Assembly (NCBI GenBank): GCA_905234395.1
Contig: CAJOHG010000013.1
Coordinates: 5,253 to 69,252 of the forward strand
DNA length: 64,000 nucleotides
From: an uncultured Selenomonadaceae bacterium
GTDB taxonomy: Bacteria > Bacillota > Negativicutes > Selenomonadales > Selenomonadaceae
Reading direction: 5' to 3'
A program made the translations under genes and the position numbers. The notes under the pieces were generated by a model. That model ran no database searches. It had not been told where the DNA came from and saw nothing but the letters and a program-made list of their open reading frames with translations. Numbering within the stretch: position 1 is the stretch's first letter; each line of letters opens with the position of its first letter. Positions 26,177-36,733 of this stretch are shown here, one piece after another.

Positions 26177-26307
26177 GACAACACCTTCTCAATATCGTTT
26201 TGTTCAACGATTGTCGTTTCAATATCGCCGTCGATTTTATCAACGTCAACTACGTAAGCCGTCTCGCCCGTCTTCAATAAAACTTTGTCGAATTCTTTTA
26301 TTTCCAA
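26173..26307 (-). CDS. Possible 44-aa protein (SH3-like/DUF4926-like pattern)
   Basis: A TTG start follows GAGG. The peptide is EIKEFDKVLLKTGETAYVVDVDKIDGDIETTIVEQNDIEKVLS. Its stop overlaps the hydrolase ATG (TCATGA). This is a weak call. Confidence 0.3.
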   Translation of the reverse strand: MEIKEFDKVLLKTGETAYVVDVDKIDGDIETTIVEQNDIEKVLS

Positions 26308-26417
26308 AGCGCAACCTCATAAAAATTTTTTTCATAATGACTCCTTGAATCAAATACGTAAGTTCAATACAACGCGAAAGGCGGAAGCTTTGAGCCTCCG
26401 CCTGAAAATGTCAGTGT

Positions 26418-26494
26418 TGGTCGGGATGACAGGACTTGAACCTGCGACCTCATCGTCCCGAACGATGCGCGCTACCAAACTGTGCTACATCCCG
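26418..26494 (-). tRNA. tRNA-Pro (anticodon CGG)
   Basis: The reverse complement is CGGGATGTAGCACAGTTTGGTAGCGCGCATCGTTCGGGACGATGAGGTCGCAGGTTCAAGTCCTGTCATCCCGACCA. An upstream TTGCAA-N17-TAAAAT and a downstream hairpin GGCGGAAGC/GCCTCCGCC are present. Confidence 0.9.
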
Positions 26495-26554
26495 AAAACG
26501 TTTGCAATTTTAGCAGATTGACTTTCAAATTGCAAGCGTTTTTTTATAGCAAAA

Positions 26555-27499
26555 TTATTTTGCGGCTTTGGTGGTTGTCAAATCTTTGACGGGCTTTGCT
26601 TTGAGAACGTTCTTCGGGATGTCGAATTTCTTTTTGGCGGCGGGATCGGCAGGATAAGTCGTGTAAGCGCGAATCTCGCTGTAATAGGCGACGGTTTCAA
26701 GCATGTTGCTGATTTCGTCGGGCCATTGCTGATTCGGATCGTTAAGTGCGGCGCGTGCAAGTTCCTGGATGATGCCGGAGAAATTGTATTGCATTTGAAC
26801 GGTGTGCCAATCGCGTTTGTCAATCGTCCACATGTACCAGACGTCCGCTTTGCGCAGAGCCGTATCCATATATTTTAAGAACGTTTCTTGCATTGCGCTG
26901 TCCTCGGCGGTGCCTTTGTCGGCAGGATTTTCAGCGGAAAGTTTCTTGAGCGAATTGGCAACATAATCTCCGTTGAGCGTGACGAGCATTGTGCGGCGAT
27001 AACGATTGTCTTGCAGGATTGTAACTTCTTTTGTGCCCGCGATAATTTCTTCAATCTCGGCGTCGGTCGGCGTGGCAACAATATCGGTGATGGCGGCGGC
27101 AATGCTCGGCGTGGTGAATTTTTGCCACTGCTTATCGGGCTTGAAATAAATCGTCATGTCTTTTTCGTTTTGCACAAGGTAATAAGGGATAATCGTCTCT
27201 TCCTCGGAGCCGTCGTCTTTGTAAAACCAAATCGACAAATCGCCGGTCGAACGGAATTCTGTGCCATTGACAATGCCGTAAATGTCAAGCTCACTCATGA
27301 TGAACGGAGACGCGAAGAAAATGTCCTGTCGGAAAATTCTGTCCGCCGCGTCCGAATCTTTCGTCAACGCTTGACGGAAAGCCTGTATACCCTCCGATTC
27401 GGGATTGTCCGCCGCGAATGACTTTGCGGGAAAGATCACTGCGCCGAGCACCAGCAATGCTACGCTCAAGCGCGCGACCAGGTTAAAAAATTTTTTCAC
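26555..27499 (-). CDS. Exported hypothetical protein
   Basis: 314 aa with signal peptide ...PAKSFA/ADN. I recognise no family. Confidence 0.6.
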   Translation of the reverse strand: MKKFFNLVARLSVALLVLGAVIFPAKSFAADNPESEGIQAFRQALTKDSDAADRIFRQDIFFASPFIMSELDIYGIVNGTEFRSTGDLSIWFYKDDGSEEETIIPYYLVQNEKDMTIYFKPDKQWQKFTTPSIAAAITDIVATPTDAEIEEIIAGTKEVTILQDNRYRRTMLVTLNGDYVANSLKKLSAENPADKGTAEDSAMQETFLKYMDTALRKADVWYMWTIDKRDWHTVQMQYNFSGIIQELARAALNDPNQQWPDEISNMLETVAYYSEIRAYTTYPADPAAKKKFDIPKNVLKAKPVKDLTTTKAAK

Positions 27500-27518
27500 A
27501 AAAATTCCTCCTTACATA

Positions 27519-28220
27519 TCATCTGATTTTTTTGCCGACGTCTTCAAAGAACGAATGAGCAATTCTGCCGAGCATTCCCTTTTGTGCTTGATAATCTTCG
27601 CGGTCACGAACATCTTTACGGGCGAAAACGAGATCGCCGTTTCTTGCCTCGTGAAGTTCAAGCGTCATCTGAATGGAAGTCACATCAACGCGGCGCGGCG
27701 GATAATTCACGGGCACTTGGATGTAACGAGTTTCTTCGCGGCGATTGCCATATCTGTCGCGATAAGTGCGGGTATCACGTCTGGACTCCCAAACAGTGTG
27801 CGCGGGTTGAACGTAGTAAGTGTTCTCCATGTTGTCGACGTTGCCGATAATCCAAGCGTCGGCGATCGTGTAGGCGTTTTGCATGATGATTCGTCGCGCC
27901 TCCAATGGATTGGAATAGGCAAGCGAATCAAGATTCATGCCGATTCGATAGCCGATTTCACGACGAGCTTGAGCTTCTGTTATGACGTTGCATTTGAGTT
28001 TGCCGGAATCTTGCATGAAACTGTCTTGCAGGTTGCGCATCTCAATCGAATAATCGTAGCCCAAATCTTGGCTGAACGTTGCGTCGAAAACGATAATGCT
28101 TCTGATGTTGCGAAAGTTAAAGCCTCTGTCGTACCAGTCGGTTTTTTCGGCGCAGACTGTTTGCGGCAAAATTAAAATCGCCGTCAAAAGCATCACGCCG
28201 AAAAATTTTTTGATAAGCAT
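27519..28220 (-). CDS. Exported hypothetical protein
   Basis: I prefer the start MLIKKFFGVMLLTAILILPQTVCA (ATG 28220 after GGAGGTGA). The upstream part of the 328-aa track ORF overlaps the nitroreductase gene. Confidence 0.6.
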   Translation of the reverse strand: MLIKKFFGVMLLTAILILPQTVCAEKTDWYDRGFNFRNIRSIIVFDATFSQDLGYDYSIEMRNLQDSFMQDSGKLKCNVITEAQARREIGYRIGMNLDSLAYSNPLEARRIIMQNAYTIADAWIIGNVDNMENTYYVQPAHTVWESRRDTRTYRDRYGNRREETRYIQVPVNYPPRRVDVTSIQMTLELHEARNGDLVFARKDVRDREDYQAQKGMLGRIAHSFFEDVGKKIR

Positions 28221-28239
28221 AAATTCACCTCCGATAATT

Positions 28240-28896
28240 TTAATTGACAAAGCCGACACTCTGCGCGAGAAGAATATTTTTCGCGTCAGAGATTTTGGCG
28301 ACCTTTGCGAATTTGGCGCGATTGATTGAGCCGCGCACGCAGTTGCCGAGACCTTCAGTTTGTGCGGCAAGAGCAACACTTTGCACCATTGCACCGACTG
28401 AAATGTTCGCAAACGAGACTTGAGCCTCACGCGGCGGAGTTTGTTTGGCATTTGACCAAACGTCCGGCGTTTCAACATAAACCAGATTGACAGCAGCCTT
28501 TGCAACGAAACTTTGACCTGTCGTCGTCAATGCGCGGAAATCGCCTTCGGCAACGAGATTGAGCTTGTGATTCGCGGCGTCGTAAAGGTAAATTCCTTCG
28601 CGGGTGACGGCGTAGACTTCTACGGAATAGACGCCCAGAGCCGCAGGATTGACGCGCTTTTGAGTGTCGTAGCGATTGACGCCGTTCGCCGCCCAAAGAA
28701 TTTTCGAGAGCTGTTCGGACGTTAAATCTTTGTCGACGAAATTTCTGTTGCTTGCACGCTGATTGAGAGCCGCCATAACAGAGAGTTCGCTGTTCAAATT
28801 GAGTGCAGGCAAATTTATTTCGCTCTGCGCGGCAAAGGAAGTCGTCGGCAGGAAAAATGTCGTCGCCATAATCGTCGCGGTTAGAAATTTTTTCAT
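28240..28896 (-). CDS. Nitroreductase-family protein with a Sec-type signal peptide
   Basis: 218 aa. The N-terminus is MKKFLTATIMATTFFLPTTSFA/AQ. It then has RASNRNF, LSKILWAANGVNR and GLGNCVRG. Confidence 0.75.
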   Translation of the reverse strand: MKKFLTATIMATTFFLPTTSFAAQSEINLPALNLNSELSVMAALNQRASNRNFVDKDLTSEQLSKILWAANGVNRYDTQKRVNPAALGVYSVEVYAVTREGIYLYDAANHKLNLVAEGDFRALTTTGQSFVAKAAVNLVYVETPDVWSNAKQTPPREAQVSFANISVGAMVQSVALAAQTEGLGNCVRGSINRAKFAKVAKISDAKNILLAQSVGFVN

Positions 28897-28899
28897 GGC

Positions 28900-29874
28900 T
28901 TATCTCCCCAACGTGTAATAGCCGCCTGCGTCAAGAAATCTGCAGTATTCTTCAACGGCGATAACAAAATTCGTGAAACCGCCCTTATATCCTGCCGCCG
29001 TCAAATTTTTCATGTCGGCTTCGGTGAAACTCTGATACTTGCCGCGCAGTTCGTCGGGAAAGTCGCAATAAGTCGTTCGCATTTTTGAATGCATGGACTC
29101 AATCATTGCTTTAGCCGCGGCGTTGAAAGTGTGCGCGTGACCGGTGCCGCAGTTGTAAATTCCGTTGGCAACGTCGCTTTCGAGACACCACAGATTGATT
29201 TTCGCAACGTCCTTGACGTAAATAAAATCGCGTTTCTGTTCGCCGTCGCCGTAGCCGTCAGTGCCTTTGAAAAGTCGCGGGCCTCCGCCGAGTTTCATGC
29301 GCTTGTAAATTTGATAGAAAATCGACGCCATTTTACCTTTGTGACTTTCCTGCGGACCAAAGACGTTGAAATATCTCAAGCCGATAATTTTGCTCTTTGC
29401 CGCGTTGAAAAATTGTCGTGCATAACGATCGAACATCAGCTTTGAAAACGCGTAGGGATTGAGCGGCATTTCGCAAGCCTCGTCCTCGCGAAAACCTTTC
29501 TTGCCCATGCCGTAAACCGACGCACTCGACGCATAAATCAGCGGAATTTGTTTGCGAATGCAGAATCGGAGCAATTCCTTTGAGTAGTCGTAATTCGTCC
29601 GCATCATTAAGTTCACGTCGTATTCCATCGTATCAGAACACGCGCCTTGATGAAAAATTGCCTCGACGTTTGAGCCGAAAGCAGCGTTGCCGGTCACGAG
29701 CTTTAGGAAGTCGTCTTTGTGCTGATAATCCATGAAACGCAGTCCGACGAGATTTTTGTATTTGTCGCCGCCGTTCAAATCGTCAACAATCATGATGTCG
29801 GTACGACTGCGTTCGTTGAGTGCGCGGACGATATTTGAGCCGATAAATCCTGCGCCGCCGGTCACGATAATCAT
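28900..29874 (-). CDS. hldD: ADP-L-glycero-D-manno-heptose 6-epimerase
   Basis: 324 aa. Contains IIVTGGAGFIGSN, HQGACSDT, YAFSKLMFD and RYFNVFGP. Confidence 0.9.
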   Translation of the reverse strand: MIIVTGGAGFIGSNIVRALNERSRTDIMIVDDLNGGDKYKNLVGLRFMDYQHKDDFLKLVTGNAAFGSNVEAIFHQGACSDTMEYDVNLMMRTNYDYSKELLRFCIRKQIPLIYASSASVYGMGKKGFREDEACEMPLNPYAFSKLMFDRYARQFFNAAKSKIIGLRYFNVFGPQESHKGKMASIFYQIYKRMKLGGGPRLFKGTDGYGDGEQKRDFIYVKDVAKINLWCLESDVANGIYNCGTGHAHTFNAAAKAMIESMHSKMRTTYCDFPDELRGKYQSFTEADMKNLTAAGYKGGFTNFVIAVEEYCRFLDAGGYYTLGR

Positions 29875-29889
29875 AAAGCTTTGCCTCCT

Positions 29890-30690
29890 TTAATCAACGT
29901 CTTCTTTGACGTATTGAATATATTTTTCGCCTATACGTTCTTTGCACGCCGCGACAATCGGTTCCAAAATTTTCAAAGCCTCGTCGTGATTTTTAGCCGC
30001 CGCCGTCACGCGAACAATGCAACCGTCTTCCTTGGCATATGTGGCGACAGTCGGATTGACGCCGTCCAAAAGTTCGTTCAATCTGTCGGCAACGGGCGAC
30101 TCTCCGACAATGGAAATCGGCGCGTCGAATTTGCTCACGCACTTAATTATAATCGACACGAAAATTTTATCGCGCTTGCCGTTGAGATAAAGCTCGCAAC
30201 ATTCCTCAAACATGGGTTGCATTTCTTTCGGCGGGCCGGGCAACAGAATACAAATTTTTTCGTCGCGTTCCATTACGCAACCGGGCGCGGTGCCGTGATG
30301 ATTGTACAGAATCAGCGAATCGGCGGGAACAATCGCTTGCTTTTTCATGCCGTCGGAAAGTTTTTCAAAGCCTCTTGCACGCGCACGTTCTTCTAAAAAA
30401 TTCAAAACTTGCTCATCAACAACGGGACGCTTGCCGAAATATTCCATGAGCATTTCTTTTGTCAAGTCGTCTTTCGTAGGACCAAGACCGCCGGTCATTA
30501 TGACGGCATCAGCCCGCGAATATGCAACATCAAGCGCAGATTTGATACGCGCGGGATTGTCGCCGACGACTGTTTGAAAGTGGCAGTCGAATCCGAGATG
30601 AGCAAGACGTTTCGCCAAATATTGAGCATTCGTGTTGATGATGTTGCCCATCAAAATTTCCGTGCCGACGCTGATAATTTCCACGATCAT
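29890..30690 (-). CDS. cinA: CinA-like MoCF-domain protein without the C-terminal PncC deamidase domain
   Basis: Contains MIVEIISVGTEILMGNIINTNAQYLAKRL and TGGLGPTKDDLT. It ends at about 266 aa, versus about 410 aa for full CinA. The start is taken at M4, after GGTGA. Confidence 0.8.
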   Translation of the reverse strand: MIVEIISVGTEILMGNIINTNAQYLAKRLAHLGFDCHFQTVVGDNPARIKSALDVAYSRADAVIMTGGLGPTKDDLTKEMLMEYFGKRPVVDEQVLNFLEERARARGFEKLSDGMKKQAIVPADSLILYNHHGTAPGCVMERDEKICILLPGPPKEMQPMFEECCELYLNGKRDKIFVSIIIKCVSKFDAPISIVGESPVADRLNELLDGVNPTVATYAKEDGCIVRVTAAAKNHDEALKILEPIVAACKERIGEKYIQYVKEDVD

Positions 30691-30744
30691 TTGAATCACC
30701 GCCGAAAAATTTTATTGCCGCCAAGCGTTTGAAAATGTCAGTTC

Positions 30745-30872
30745 AATCCGAGATGAGCAAGACGTTTCGCCCAAAAAATTGAGCGTTCGTGTTGACGATG
30801 TTGCCCATCAAAATTTCCGTGCCGACGCTGATAATTTCTACGACCATTTAAATCACCGCCGAAAAATTTTTT
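30745..30872 (-). pseudogene. Duplicated, frameshifted copy of the cinA 5' end plus its RBS
   Basis: Near-identical to 30590-30713, with a few substitutions and an indel (CCAAATATT vs CCCAAAAAATT). It would encode MVVEIISVGTEILMGNIVNTNAQFFGRNVLLISD followed by a stop. Confidence 0.7.
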
Positions 30873-31071
30873 TATCATGTGCGAACGAGTTTAACCGAAA
30901 GGCTACATTTTTTCAAGCGTTTTTTGCCCGCGCGCAACAGCACTCAAGAATTGCTGATTGACATTTCGGGCGATAATAGATATATTCGCCTATGAATTAA
31001 TATTGCGTTAGAAATTTTCTTGCGCACAAAAGCTTGCGACGTTTGGAAAGGAGAGTGTCAGCAAAAAACTG

Positions 31072-32955
31072 ATGGCTCGAAAAATGGCAGAGCATAGAAA
31101 AATCTTACGTTCCGAAATGGAGTTGAAAGACTTGCAAAGATTGTTCATGAAATTATTTTTAATTATCTTGACCGCAATTTTAATCGCACCGTGCACGGCT
31201 CTTGCCATGCCGGAAATTTTTCCTTTCGATCGGTTGCAAAACGGAATGACCGGCAAAGCTTATACCGTCGTCGACAGCTCCGGCAAGATTGAAAATTTTG
31301 ACGTGCAAATTGTCGGTTTTACGAACGAAAGTAAAGGCACGAAACGATATATCTTGGCGAAAGCTTCGGGCGAAGTCGTGAAACGCACGGGCGGCATTTT
31401 GCAGGGAATGAGCGGCAGTCCGTTTTACATTGACGGCAAACTCGTCGGTGCACTTGCCGCCACGCTCAAAGACATGGACACTTACACCGTTTTAATCACG
31501 CCGATTGAAGATATGCTTGAGCTTTGGAATTTGCCCGACCCGAAAGCGCAGGTCAATTTCCCTCGAAGAATTTCAGTCGATTCGGAAAAAGCTGACGAAA
31601 ATAAACCCGCCGAGGACGCGTCCGCAAATGACGACTCCGCCGATAAAAGCGCGACTCTTACCGACAAATTGACTGTGCCCGAAGTCGAAAAGCTCAACGC
31701 ATTTTATTTGAGCGGCTTCGACGTGAACGGCGCACAATTTTTGCAACAAGAACTTAAACCGTTCGGCTTGAATAATTTGCAAACGTCGTCCAAAAACATC
31801 GAACACGGTTTGGATTTCAACGCCACGCTTGAACCCGGTTCTGCGCTGGGTGTTGCCATTGTCTACGGCGATTTTTCGCTCGGTGCGACAGGCACGGTCA
31901 CTGCCGTTGACGACAAAAAAATTCTTGCCTTTGGACATTCGTTTATGCATTCGGGCAACGTCAACTATTTCATGACGGATGCCTCCGTTATCGGCTCTAT
32001 CAGCGGGCTCACCGGCAACGGTGTTAAAGTCGCGGATGTCAAGCACATTATCGGGCGCGTCAATCAAGATCGCGATTCGGGCATAGCGGGCACTTTGGGA
32101 ACATTCCCTGCCGTCGTGCCGGTCACCGTCAACGTTAAAAACAACGAATCCAACAAGCAAGAAAGTTTCAACGTGGTTATCGCCTACAACGAAAATCTCA
32201 TTCCAAAACTCGGCGCGACTGTTGCCTATGGTGCGCTCAGCAGAATGGCTGATTCGTTGGCAGAGAGCACCGTTGATTTTGAATTCTGCATAAAGACAAA
32301 CGTCGTTGAAGGCGGCAAATTTGTGCGCAAAAATGTTTTCTACAATGGCTCGGACGTCGGGCAAGTCGCTGTAGTTGAACTCATGCAGGCGTTGAATCTT
32401 ATCTGCTCAAACACCAAGGAAGAGTCGAATATTTTTGGCGTGGACGTGAACATCGCTTTTGATACGGAGCGTCGCACTGCCTCAATCATCGACATCACGC
32501 CCGAAAAAAAGAATGTCAAACCCGGCGAGACGGTCAATTTGGTCGTCGAACTGCAACCCTATCGCAAACCCGTTGAAAAAGTCATTGTGCCCTACACCGT
32601 GCCTTTGACGGTCGGTCCCGGACTTCATTCTCTTGAAATTCACGGCGGCGGACTTGTACCAGTAAATCAATCGGCGTCTTCGGGAACAATCAGCGCGGAC
32701 TCCAATCAAAGCTACGAAGACAAGATCAAAAAAATTCTCAACGCCGGCAGAAACAATCAGCTCGTCGTGGAAGTCGTTTCGTCGGGCACAAAGAGAACCG
32801 ATAAGGAAATTCGCAAGGGCATTGCTCAAGCAAAACGCTTGCAGGAACGTTTGAAGAAAGAAGGCAAAACTTTCAAGAAATCCGACAGCAAGGTTGACAC
32901 GAACTATATAATCGACAACGTCATGCGCACGACTTTCAATGTGGAAAAAGTTTAG
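31072..32955 (+). CDS. SpoIVB-type peptidase S55 domain protein, exported
   Basis: [21 protein letters not shown] matches the S55 Ser motif. A signal peptide [20 protein letters not shown] begins at the internal ATG 31147, so the start is uncertain. Confidence 0.75.
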   Translation: MARKMAEHRKILRSEMELKDLQRLFMKLFLIILTAILIAPCTALAMPEIFPFDRLQNGMTGKAYTVVDSSGKIENFDVQIVGFTNESKGTKRYILAKASGEVVKRTGGILQGMSGSPFYIDGKLVGALAATLKDMDTYTVLITPIEDMLELWNLPDPKAQVNFPRRISVDSEKADENKPAEDASANDDSADKSATLTDKLTVPEVEKLNAFYLSGFDVNGAQFLQQELKPFGLNNLQTSSKNIEHGLDFNATLEPGSALGVAIVYGDFSLGATGTVTAVDDKKILAFGHSFMHSGNVNYFMTDASVIGSISGLTGNGVKVADVKHIIGRVNQDRDSGIAGTLGTFPAVVPVTVNVKNNESNKQESFNVVIAYNENLIPKLGATVAYGALSRMADSLAESTVDFEFCIKTNVVEGGKFVRKNVFYNGSDVGQVAVVELMQALNLICSNTKEESNIFGVDVNIAFDTERRTASIIDITPEKKNVKPGETVNLVVELQPYRKPVEKVIVPYTVPLTVGPGLHSLEIHGGGLVPVNQSASSGTISADSNQSYEDKIKKILNAGRNNQLVVEVVSSGTKRTDKEIRKGIAQAKRLQERLKKEGKTFKKSDSKVDTNYIIDNVMRTTFNVEKV

Positions 32956-33002
32956 GTTGTTGGTGCCAATTTCCCGATAACCTGACAAGGAGGTTTGAAA
33001 TT

Positions 33003-34268
33003 TTGGAGAGACTTGTCATAAAGGGCGGCAACAGATTGAGCGGCACCGTTAAAATCAGCGGCGCGAAAAATGCTGTCCTGCCCGTCATTGCGGCAACGCT
33101 CCTCGGTCAAGACAAAGAAACTTGCTTGGACGAGGTGCCAAACCTTGATGACGTTCGCACAATCAGTGAAGTTCTTCGGACGCTCGGCGTGACTGTTCGC
33201 CACGAGCCCGCTAAAGGTCAACTCTTCGTCGACGCCTCGACGATTGAAAATATAACCGCGCCTTATGATCTCGTTCGCAAAATGCGTGCATCGTTTTTGA
33301 TTATGGGCCCGTTGCTCGCACGACTCGGCAGAGCAAAAATTTCATTGCCCGGCGGTTGCGCGATTGGCACTCGTCCGATTGATTTGCACTTGAAAGGTTT
33401 TGAGGCTCTCGGCGCAAAAATTTCTATCGGGCACGGCTACATCGAGGCTGTTGCTCCCGACGGCTTGAAAGGTGCTCAAATTTATCTTGACTTCCCGTCC
33501 GTCGGCGCGACGGAAAATATTTTGATGGCTGCGTCAATGGCACAAGGTCAAACCGTCATCGAAAATCCCGCGCAGGAGCCGGAGATTGTCGACCTTGCAA
33601 ATTATCTTAATCTTATGGGCGCAAAAATTCGCGGAGCAGGCACCAACGTCATCAAAGTCGAAGGCGCGAAAAAATTAATTGCCCGCGACTACACGATAAT
33701 TCCCGACCGAATTGAAGCAGGAACTTACATGATAGCCGCCGCAATGACGCAGGGCGACGTTTACATTGCCAACGCCATCAGCGAACATCTAAAGCCCGTT
33801 ATCGCCAAACTCAAGGAAGCAGGCGTCAAAGTCATTGAAGACGTTGACGGAATTCGCGTCATCTGCGACAAACGCCCGCGTGCCGTCGACATCAAGACGT
33901 TGCCTTATCCCGGCTTTCCGACCGATATGCAGGCGCAGTTCATGGCAATGTTGACAATCTCCGAAGGTACAAGCGTCGTCACGGAAACTGTCTTCGAGAA
34001 TCGTTTTATGCACGTCGACGAACTGAGACGCATGGGCGCGAAAATCAAAATTGACGGGCGCAGTGCCGTTGTCCACGGTCAAGACAAGTTGACGGGCTGC
34101 CAAGTCAAAGCGACTGATTTGCGTGCAGGTGCGGCGATTGTTTTGGCGGCACTCATCGCGGAAGGCGAAACTCAAGTAGGTTACATTCATCACATCGATC
34201 GCGGCTACGATAATCTCGTTCAAAAGCTGGTCAAGCTCGGCGCGGACATCAAACGCGTTGACAACTGA
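33003..34268 (+). CDS. murA: UDP-N-acetylglucosamine 1-carboxyvinyltransferase
   Basis: 421 aa with a TTG start after AAGGAGG. Contains [27 protein letters not shown] and HHIDRGY. Confidence 0.95.
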   Translation: MERLVIKGGNRLSGTVKISGAKNAVLPVIAATLLGQDKETCLDEVPNLDDVRTISEVLRTLGVTVRHEPAKGQLFVDASTIENITAPYDLVRKMRASFLIMGPLLARLGRAKISLPGGCAIGTRPIDLHLKGFEALGAKISIGHGYIEAVAPDGLKGAQIYLDFPSVGATENILMAASMAQGQTVIENPAQEPEIVDLANYLNLMGAKIRGAGTNVIKVEGAKKLIARDYTIIPDRIEAGTYMIAAAMTQGDVYIANAISEHLKPVIAKLKEAGVKVIEDVDGIRVICDKRPRAVDIKTLPYPGFPTDMQAQFMAMLTISEGTSVVTETVFENRFMHVDELRRMGAKIKIDGRSAVVHGQDKLTGCQVKATDLRAGAAIVLAALIAEGETQVGYIHHIDRGYDNLVQKLVKLGADIKRVDN

Positions 34269-34287
34269 AAAATTTTTTGCAAACTAA

Positions 34288-34324
34288 AAGCCCGGCTGTC
34301 ATCAAAGACGGTCGAGCTTTTTTA
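34288..34324 (+). terminator. murA terminator
   Basis: A 13-bp stem AAGCCCGGCTGTC/GACGGTCGAGCTT (one mismatch, two G-U pairs) is followed by a T-run. Confidence 0.6.
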
Positions 34325-34362
34325 GTTTGGAGTTTTAATTTCTAATTCCTCATTTGATTGCG

Positions 34363-35256
34363 TTAAACTTTCTTGTTGCCGAATTTGCGAAGCTCAAGCC
34401 ACAGCGGTCCGGCAATGAAGATTGATGAGTAACAACCGCTCATGAAACCGACAATCAGCGCGAACGCAAAATCTTTTGTCGTCTCGCCGCCGAAGAAAAA
34501 CAGTGCAAACGTCGTAAACAGGCACGTGAAGACCGTGTACAGCGAACGAGTCAGCGTCTGATAAATGGAGCGGTTGACCAATTCGACGACGTTGCCGCCG
34601 CGTCTGAAGTGCAGTTTCAAATTCTCGCGTATCCTGTCAAAGATAACAATCGTGTCGTTGATTGAGTAGCCGACGACCGTCAACAATGCCGCGACGAACG
34701 ACGAATCGACTTGCCGTTGCGTGAATGAGAAAAATGCCAGAACGATTAAAATGTCGTGAACGAGAGCCAATACCGCCGCCACGCCGAATCGCCATTCAAA
34801 ACGATAAGCGATGTACAAAATTATCAGTGCCCACGAAATGACGAGCGCAAGTACCGCGTTCATGATGAGTTCGCCGCCGATAACCGCACCGACTTTTTCC
34901 TCGCGCAGAACTTCGTAGCCGCCGACTTTCTCGCGAATTGCCGCCATAACTTCTTTGCGCTGAACTTCTTCCAAATCAACCGTGCGAATCATTACGTCCG
35001 TTGAAGTTTCAACGTCGGAAGTCTCGCCGGAAAGTTGAATCGTCGCTCCGTCAAGTCCAAACGGTTTCAAACTTTCGCGGACTTGAGCAATCGCGACGGG
35101 CTGTTCAAATTTCAAATCGATAATCGTGCCGCCCGTGAAGTCAATCCCGAAGTTGAAGCCGCGCGTCAACATTGAAATGAGACCCGGAACAATTACGAGC
35201 AGCGAAATGATAAACCACATCTTGCCGCGCCCGGCAATGTCAAATTTCGGCATCAC
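34363..35256 (-). CDS. secF: Protein translocase subunit SecF
   Basis: 297 aa. Contains GIDFTGGT and a SecD/F transmembrane core. It overlaps secD by 4 nt. Confidence 0.92.
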   Translation of the reverse strand: MMPKFDIAGRGKMWFIISLLVIVPGLISMLTRGFNFGIDFTGGTIIDLKFEQPVAIAQVRESLKPFGLDGATIQLSGETSDVETSTDVMIRTVDLEEVQRKEVMAAIREKVGGYEVLREEKVGAVIGGELIMNAVLALVISWALIILYIAYRFEWRFGVAAVLALVHDILIVLAFFSFTQRQVDSSFVAALLTVVGYSINDTIVIFDRIRENLKLHFRRGGNVVELVNRSIYQTLTRSLYTVFTCLFTTFALFFFGGETTKDFAFALIVGFMSGCYSSIFIAGPLWLELRKFGNKKV

Positions 35257-36503
35257 GACTTCACCTCCTTGGCAACGTCAAACAAAACGAAACCGTCCGC
35301 GCCGTATATCGACGGACTTTCCACGACCTTTGAATTGACCAAAAGTTTCAGCAAGAATTGCGTTAAAGTTATCGCCGTGAACATTGAGAGCAAAACTCCG
35401 AGTCCCAACGTTATTGCGAAGCCGCGAATCGTGCCCGTGCCGAACATGAACAGAACTCCCGCCGCGATAATCGTCGTGATGTTCGAGTCGAAAATTGTCG
35501 TGAAGGCGCGCTTAAATCCTGCGTCCATTGCCAGACGAATCGATTTGCCCATGCGGAATTCTTCCTTGAAATGTTCAAAGATGAGCACGTTCGCATCGAC
35601 AGCCATACCGATTGACAAAATTATTCCCGCAACGCCCGGCAATGTCAACGTCGCGTCGAGACCCTTCAGCGTGCCCAAAAGCATTAACGTATACGCCATC
35701 AAGCTGATGTCCGCGATAAAGCCCGGCAGTCGATAGAAAAGAATCATGAAGATTAAAACCGCCGCGATGCCGACAACGAACGCGAATTCCGATTTGTCTT
35801 TTGAATCTTGACCGAGCGACGGGCCGACGGTGCGCGTTTCGATGATGTTGACTTTCACGGGCAATGCGCCGCTCCTCAAAAGCACTGCGAGACGTTGAGC
35901 CTCTTCAAGGTCGCGTTGACCGGAAATTTCAGCTTTGCCGCCGAGAATCGGTTCACGCACAACGGGATTGGTTAAAATTTCTCCGTCGAGCAGGATTGCG
36001 ATTGTTCTGCCGACATTATCAAGCGTGGCGTCCGCAAATTTTTGAGCACCTTCGTCGCTGAATTCGAGATTGACAACGCATTGACCGTTCTGTTGATTCA
36101 TGGCGGCTTGCGCGTCTTTAAGGTCGGTGCCCGTCAAAAGCGTGTTGCCGGCGTCGTCTTTGAACTCCAACATTGCGGTCTTGCCAATCGTCTCAATCGC
36201 CTTGTCCGGGTCTTTAATGCCGGGCAATTCGATAATCACACGACGTTCGCCTTCGCGCTGAATAATCGGTTCCGTTAAGCCCAACTCGTTTATGCGCCGC
36301 TCCATGATTGAAACGACGCGTTGCATTGCGTCTTCGTCGACTTTGGCAATTTCGGTGTCCTCGGCTTGAAGTACGACATGCGTGCCGCCCTGCAAGTCAA
36401 GTCCTTGTCGAATCGAATTGGCGAGCGGGCGAATAAAAATCACAAACACTGCCACGATTGCCACCAGACAAATCAGCAGCTTGATTAAACTGTTCGTCCT
36501 CAC
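35253..36503 (-). CDS. secD: Protein translocase subunit SecD
   Basis: 416 aa with a GTG start after GAAGGGAGA. Contains LGLDLQGGTH. An upstream TTGCCT-N17-TATATT is present. Confidence 0.92.
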   Translation of the reverse strand: MRTNSLIKLLICLVAIVAVFVIFIRPLANSIRQGLDLQGGTHVVLQAEDTEIAKVDEDAMQRVVSIMERRINELGLTEPIIQREGERRVIIELPGIKDPDKAIETIGKTAMLEFKDDAGNTLLTGTDLKDAQAAMNQQNGQCVVNLEFSDEGAQKFADATLDNVGRTIAILLDGEILTNPVVREPILGGKAEISGQRDLEEAQRLAVLLRSGALPVKVNIIETRTVGPSLGQDSKDKSEFAFVVGIAAVLIFMILFYRLPGFIADISLMAYTLMLLGTLKGLDATLTLPGVAGIILSIGMAVDANVLIFEHFKEEFRMGKSIRLAMDAGFKRAFTTIFDSNITTIIAAGVLFMFGTGTIRGFAITLGLGVLLSMFTAITLTQFLLKLLVNSKVVESPSIYGADGFVLFDVAKEVKS

Positions 36504-36647
36504 AAAAAATGTTCTCCCTTCAAATTTTCATGTTCGCACGTCAATATACTGCAAAGCCGTTTGAAAGGCAAGCCGCCCGTAATTTTCGACAAGAAAAATT
36601 TTCCGAAGTTCAACGAATTGTCCGCTCAATCGCTTGTCAATTCCACG

Positions 36648-36676
36648 TTGTACAGTTGAAAATTCTCTGTTATAAT
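36648..36676 (+). promoter_or_regulatory. Unit 1 toxin promoter
   Basis: TTGTAC (36648-36653)-N17-TATAAT (36671-36676), with TGT immediately upstream of the -10. Confidence 0.6.
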
Positions 36677-36733
36677 CGCGCCGATGCTACGACTCTCGTC
36701 AGGCAGAACAACTTGCGAGAGGAGGTGAGCATT

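Noticed and set aside
26308-26335. An alternative small ORF, ATG 26335 (MKKIFMRLRFGNKRIRQSF...), with a good AAGGAG RBS upstream of the hydrolase.
   Set aside because: The 28-aa product is basic and low-complexity and ends before the hydrolase gene. The other frame (TTG 26307) gives a more protein-like sequence that is stop/start-coupled to the hydrolase. Neither is strongly supported.
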